From positions 930,001-994,000 of the forward strand of contig OZ037769.1 in NCBI GenBank assembly GCA_964035545.1: a DNA stretch of 64,000 bases. The letters are read 5' to 3'. Below are positions 59,701-64,000 of the stretch, in pieces. Positions within the stretch are counted from its first letter, which is position 1; each line of letters starts with the position of its first letter. The translations under genes were made by a program, and so were the position numbers. Source of the DNA: Bugula neritina (lineage: Eukaryota; Animalia; Bryozoa). A model generated the notes under the pieces. That model made no database searches and was not told the origin of the DNA. It saw only the letters and a list, made by a program, of their open reading frames with translations.

Positions 59701-62700
59701 TAGAACACTCTCCACTTCATGTACTCATTCTTCACCACCTCATTATTCCTCTTCCAGTATTTACCTTCCAGCAAGACCACCTGGTATCACACATATCACA
59801 TGACAGACCACCTGGTATCACACATATCACATGACAGACTACCTGGTATCACACATTCTGTTGTCATCATGACAATTAGCAATTAGCAAAAAAAACATGT
59901 AATATATTAAGTTATAATGCTTACAATTTAAATATAAAGATAAAATATTAGACACCTTATTTTTCTACTGTATAGACTTTACACAACAGACCAGTGGAGA
60001 TAATTACACCTAAATATATTGATAGAAAAACTGTTTCAGTAAAGTTCGACATTTTAAAAAAAAAAGATTCAAAGTTGAAATAAAGCAGGCGAGTCAGCAG
60101 AGTACACGAGTCAGCAGAGTACACGAGTCAGCAGAGTACACGAGTCAGCAGAGTACACGAGTCAGCAGAGTACACAAGTCAGCAGAGTACACAAGGCAGC
60201 AGAGTACACGAGTCAGCAGAGTACACGAGTACACACGCTATTATAACAGCTGAAACATGCAGGAGTAGAGTTGAGGCCACAGTAACACATCACCACAGTT
60301 GGTAGGGAATGCTGGCAACACGAATAAGTTACGAGGAATTGTCCTCTCAACTTGGATTATCTATTTCAATTAATAAAGCAAGTCTGACAAACATACAGCT
60401 GAACTGAAATACAACTTTAGCCAACTAAGGTGCATTAGATCTTCAGGAGAGATGAATAATACATACGGTGGGCTTCTTGTGCGCCCCCTCCATTTGAGGT
60501 AGGAAGTTGCATATCTTCTGTCTCCTTGCGTTCTTTCTTTTCTTCACATCTGTAAATACACAAGCAGTAGACATTATTTGTCTACTCATTAAATATAATG
60601 TGTTGTCTTCTCGTTGAATATACTAGATAAGGGGTTTATAAAGTGTACACAAGGGGGAGTGACTCCTAAAAAGCTTTGGGTGTTGGAACTCTGGAAATAA
60701 TTGACCTAAAAAGCTGACCTAGTTTATTATTGATATTGTACTTTGGAGTTATCACCACGTAACTATAATATTATCTGGTATGCAACAAATAACGTAGCAA
60801 TTACCAAGCTTGAGAATAGAAATGATTGATGGGATCAATTGAAATGCTGCACAGTGTTACGGGGGCACTTATAGGCTTGAGGTGAGCTTGTTATTCAGTA
60901 TAGGTAAGCTACTAGCTCAGTACAGCACACATGTTACATAATCGGCAAGTTTACCATCACCTTCTCAGCTAAATTATCATGCTTACAATAATGGGGGCAT
61001 CCGTGGTAACAATCAGTGGGCTGTGGTTCTATCACATAGAAACTGAAGGGCTGTTTAAGTGAAGACAAAGTGGACTCGCTGTGATGGACCACTGCACTAG
61101 TAGTACTAGTAACTAGTAGGCGTACTAGCACTGCGTTTCCATGACTGCGCATTATGCAAATGAATTCCCGTACGGATTGATTGTGGTTTGTGGATTACAG
61201 TAACTTATAGTAGCGGTTTCATTCAATGTAACTATTTACGTTAGCCGTGGCGGAGTAGCTACCACTGAAAATGGGAAAGTAACCAATCGGGCCTTCGCTA
61301 CGCACTAATGCGGATTGTTTATGCTATAAGATGTCACGTGCACCAACACACACACGAGTACTAGGGGTCAAAAACGGTGCCACATTCAGCTCGACACAAA
61401 AGGAGGGGGCAATAAATTAAAGTGGTTAGTGAAAGGTGGTCAACATCAGGAGTTTAATAGGAAAAATGGAATTATAAACATTGTACTAGTTACTAGTAGC
61501 AGTAGTAGCAAAAGCAGTGAGCGTTATAGCCAATTTTCAACCTCTACAACAAGTGATGACAGAAACTTAAAAATATATTAGAAATTCGTGAGCTATTGAC
61601 ACAAGTTATCTCTTGGCAGGTTTTCATGAAAAAACAGCAGTACTTCCACAGTTTCACGTCACAAGAAATATCTATGGAGATGAGAGTGAGTGAGTGAGTA
61701 ACTGAGTGAGAGAGTAAGTGAGTGACTGAGTGAGTGACTAAGTGAGTGAGTAAGTGAGTGACTGAGTGAGTGACCAAGTGAGTGACCAAGTGAGGGAGTG
61801 AGTGGCTGAGTGACTAAATAAACCAGCATGAGAAGTGACTGGCCAACTAAAGTTACCAAAACTCAGTATCAATTACTAACTGAAAACAGACAGTACAGAG
61901 AACTGCTCATTACATGTGACTGAAGAATAAAAAGAAGTTGACAATTTAGTAAAGGGTGAGTCCAAAAAATGATAAAGTGATACTGCTAATAAATATAATG
62001 ATGAGAAAGTATTATTGGCACAGTTAGTTATGTAATTATAAAGAACAACTCACATTGCAAGTACCATTCCCTCCACACAATATTGTTCAGTCTCATCTTC
62101 TCCTTCACTGATATTCGAAGTCCCTTGTAAGCTTTGAACTGGGGAGCTGCAAGCTTTGCACTATAAAACACAAGTCATCTGTATTACATAACAACTAGTC
62201 AGGTCTCCGTGTGGCCTACACTGTGTGGGAGGGTCCAGCACTGGAAGGGACTGCTAGCACAGCAGCAACTAATACTTAGTAGGGTCCAGTTGTGGAAGGA
62301 GTGGAATAACACAGGTTGTTATCCACAGTATTGTATCATACAATGAATAACTAGAAAGTAGCTGTTGTTTAGATACAATATACACAATGTGAATGTTATA
62401 ATACTATTATAGTGATGAATGACACTCGTATTGAGTTCTTTCATCAAGTTAAATTACAAAATTAATTCTGGCATAGAGCCAAATACTAACTCCTGAAGCA
62501 GCAATCTATCTTGAGAAGGTTGCAAGTCTTCATCAAGGTTACGGAAAGGTGAAAAGGGGTGTGTGTATATGCAGGTGATCTGCACACAAGGGGTACTTTA
62601 GTACGCAGAAAGGGGGGTTCAAACCCTTTACTATTCAATCATTTTAAATCATTACTTGAAAGTACTGATTTGAATAAATTTCAGCAAAGGGGCACTATAA

Positions 62701-63715
62701 TTACTGTACAATTACTAGTTATCTTTGATGAGACCACAATCTCGATGTACATAAAGTGTTTCTACTTATAACCTCAGCTTGTGTTCAAATTGACAAGTCA
62801 CACTTGGGAACACCAAGTCTGACTTAATATACACTGAGTACGACTTGACACACCAAGCATTACTTGAAGTCTGTTTTAGGCAAGTATGAGTCATTATGAA
62901 GTCCCAGGGTATGTATGACCTTGACACTAGACTGGATGGTTACTGTAGTATAGTATAGATAGCGTATCTCTCTGAACATAATACAACACTACAAGGTGAT
63001 AGGCTCTCTATCAGCTACCCTCAGCGTTGTGTATTATAGTCGTACATACTTGAAACTCATACAAGACATGTAAGCAATGATCTTACAAACATAAGTGGGA
63101 GTAGAGTGTGGCCAATAGAAAAAGAGGACGGAAAAACAGTTTGACCAATAGAAAGGCAGGATACAAAGATGGATATTATAACGACTTGAGTCAGTTTCAA
63201 CCAGAACCATCCAGAAGTTAGGAAATATCGTGACTGCAGACTAACTAGAGGAGTACCAGCAGATATTCTATAGATAGAGAGGTTGAAGTACAGGTTGAGG
63301 GCGGATATATGAACTGTGTTCTATTTATAGCTGCCAGGTAAAGTATATACCTGCCAGGTAAAGTATATACCTGCCAGGTAAAGTATATACCTGGCAGGTA
63401 AAGTATATACCTGCCAGGTGAAGAATATACCTGCCAGGTGAAACACATACCTGCCAGGTAAGGAACATACCTGCCATTGTAAGCTATACTCATGCAGGCA
63501 AAGAGTTTCTGCACTGTGTGGTCAATCTTAGTGTCCTCTTCATCCAGTGAGGGTGGGGAGTAGTTAGCCCTGGACCTGTGACTAGAGGGGAAGGGGACGG
63601 GGTGAAAGCTATTCATACCGATAGTGGTGTCGGTATCTTCGCACAGACTAATAGCAGGGAAGTGTCCGCTGTGACCAGCAGTCCTCTTGGACAGATCAAC
63701 CACGCCAGCTGCCAT
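53713..63715 (-). CDS. MLXIP: Mondo family (MLXIP/ChREBP-like) bHLH-Zip transcription factor
   Basis: MCR1 HSGHF; MCR2 IDHTVQKLFACMSIAY; MCR3 FKAYKGL..KMRLNNIVWREWYLQ (~62055-62160); MCR4 VLLEGKYWKR..EYMKWRVFY (~59662-59780); MCR5 DLMQPEL..LQP; bHLH AEQKRRYQIKTGFE (~55700-55811) and SKATML.KTIEFI; C-terminal QLPATG..NWKFYIFS..PLFDSF..WVDQHCSL..LR. Confidence 0.92.
54190..54600. repeat. 29 bp intronic minisatellite
   Basis: CTCACTCACTGATCACACAGTAACTCAGT x~13. Confidence 0.95.
55587..55691. repeat. ~22 bp intronic minisatellite
   Basis: CAGACCACACCCACTTCACTTGA x~4.5. Confidence 0.9.
56025..56965. repeat. 19-27 bp variable-unit minisatellite with higher-order repetition
   Basis: GAGAACTAGTAACACT followed by variable (GA)n/GT spacers, ~40 units. 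Confidence 0.95.
60091..60236. repeat. 17 bp minisatellite
   Basis: GAGTCAGCAGAGTACAC x~8. Confidence 0.93.
61680..61815. repeat. (GAGT)n-type degenerate repeat
   Basis: GAGTGAGTGACT-type units. Confidence 0.85.
63331..63476. repeat. 20 bp minisatellite built from a splice donor of the Mondo gene
   Basis: Minus strand CTGGCAG|GTATATACTTTAC x~7, continuing from the exon end AATGGCAG|GTATGT. Confidence 0.9.
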
Positions 63716-64000
63716 TTCACACACCAGTTACTAAACCTGCATAACATAAGGGGAACATGCGTATGCAGAGGCTTGAGAATTTAACTATTCCAGGAAACTA
63801 GAAAAGTAGTTTTTTGTTAATGTAAAGGTTTCTAGTGACTGGAATAAAGCTGAAATAAAAACAGAAGTTCATGGGAGAGGTTTAGTACTAGTGGAGTAAT
63901 CATTGGATAACACCTAGGGCCCTTTATTGATTTCTAATGAGTGATCAGCATTAGTATTGATGAAATAAATAAACAGTTATTATAAAGCCGGACAAAATCT

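Overview
AT-rich, intron-containing invertebrate genomic DNA. The style is compatible with a lophotrochozoan such as a bryozoan, but the taxon cannot be established from the sequence. (1) 1-21.5 kb is a head-to-tail minus-strand array of at least five paralogous genes (four complete, one cut by the window edge). They encode ~620-635 aa type I membrane receptors: signal peptide, 2 divergent CUB-like domains, 4 sushi/CCP domains, TM, and a tail with ITAM/ITIM-like tyrosine motifs. Two tail types alternate, and variation concentrates in a loop of the membrane-distal domain. This is the best candidate for an undescribed immune or allorecognition receptor system. (2) 22.4-39.7 kb is an 18-exon secreted PAN-EGF-3x C-type lectin gene in which two lectin domains appear to have other domains nested inside them. 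Its intron 1 holds a Penelope-like element with inverted repeats and hammerhead ribozymes. (3) 41-47 kb is a membrane-anchored UPF0489-family gene. (4) 48.4-52.6 kb is a papain-family cathepsin with a tandemly duplicated, probably mutually exclusive exon. (5) 53.7-63.7 kb is a Mondo/MLXIP-family bHLH-Zip gene. The window also has RTE and Rex1/Babar-like LINE fragments, two probable solo LTRs, SINE-like fragments and many minisatellites, several built from duplicated splice junctions. All gene models were assembled by hand from GT/AG sites and frame continuity, with no transcript evidence.
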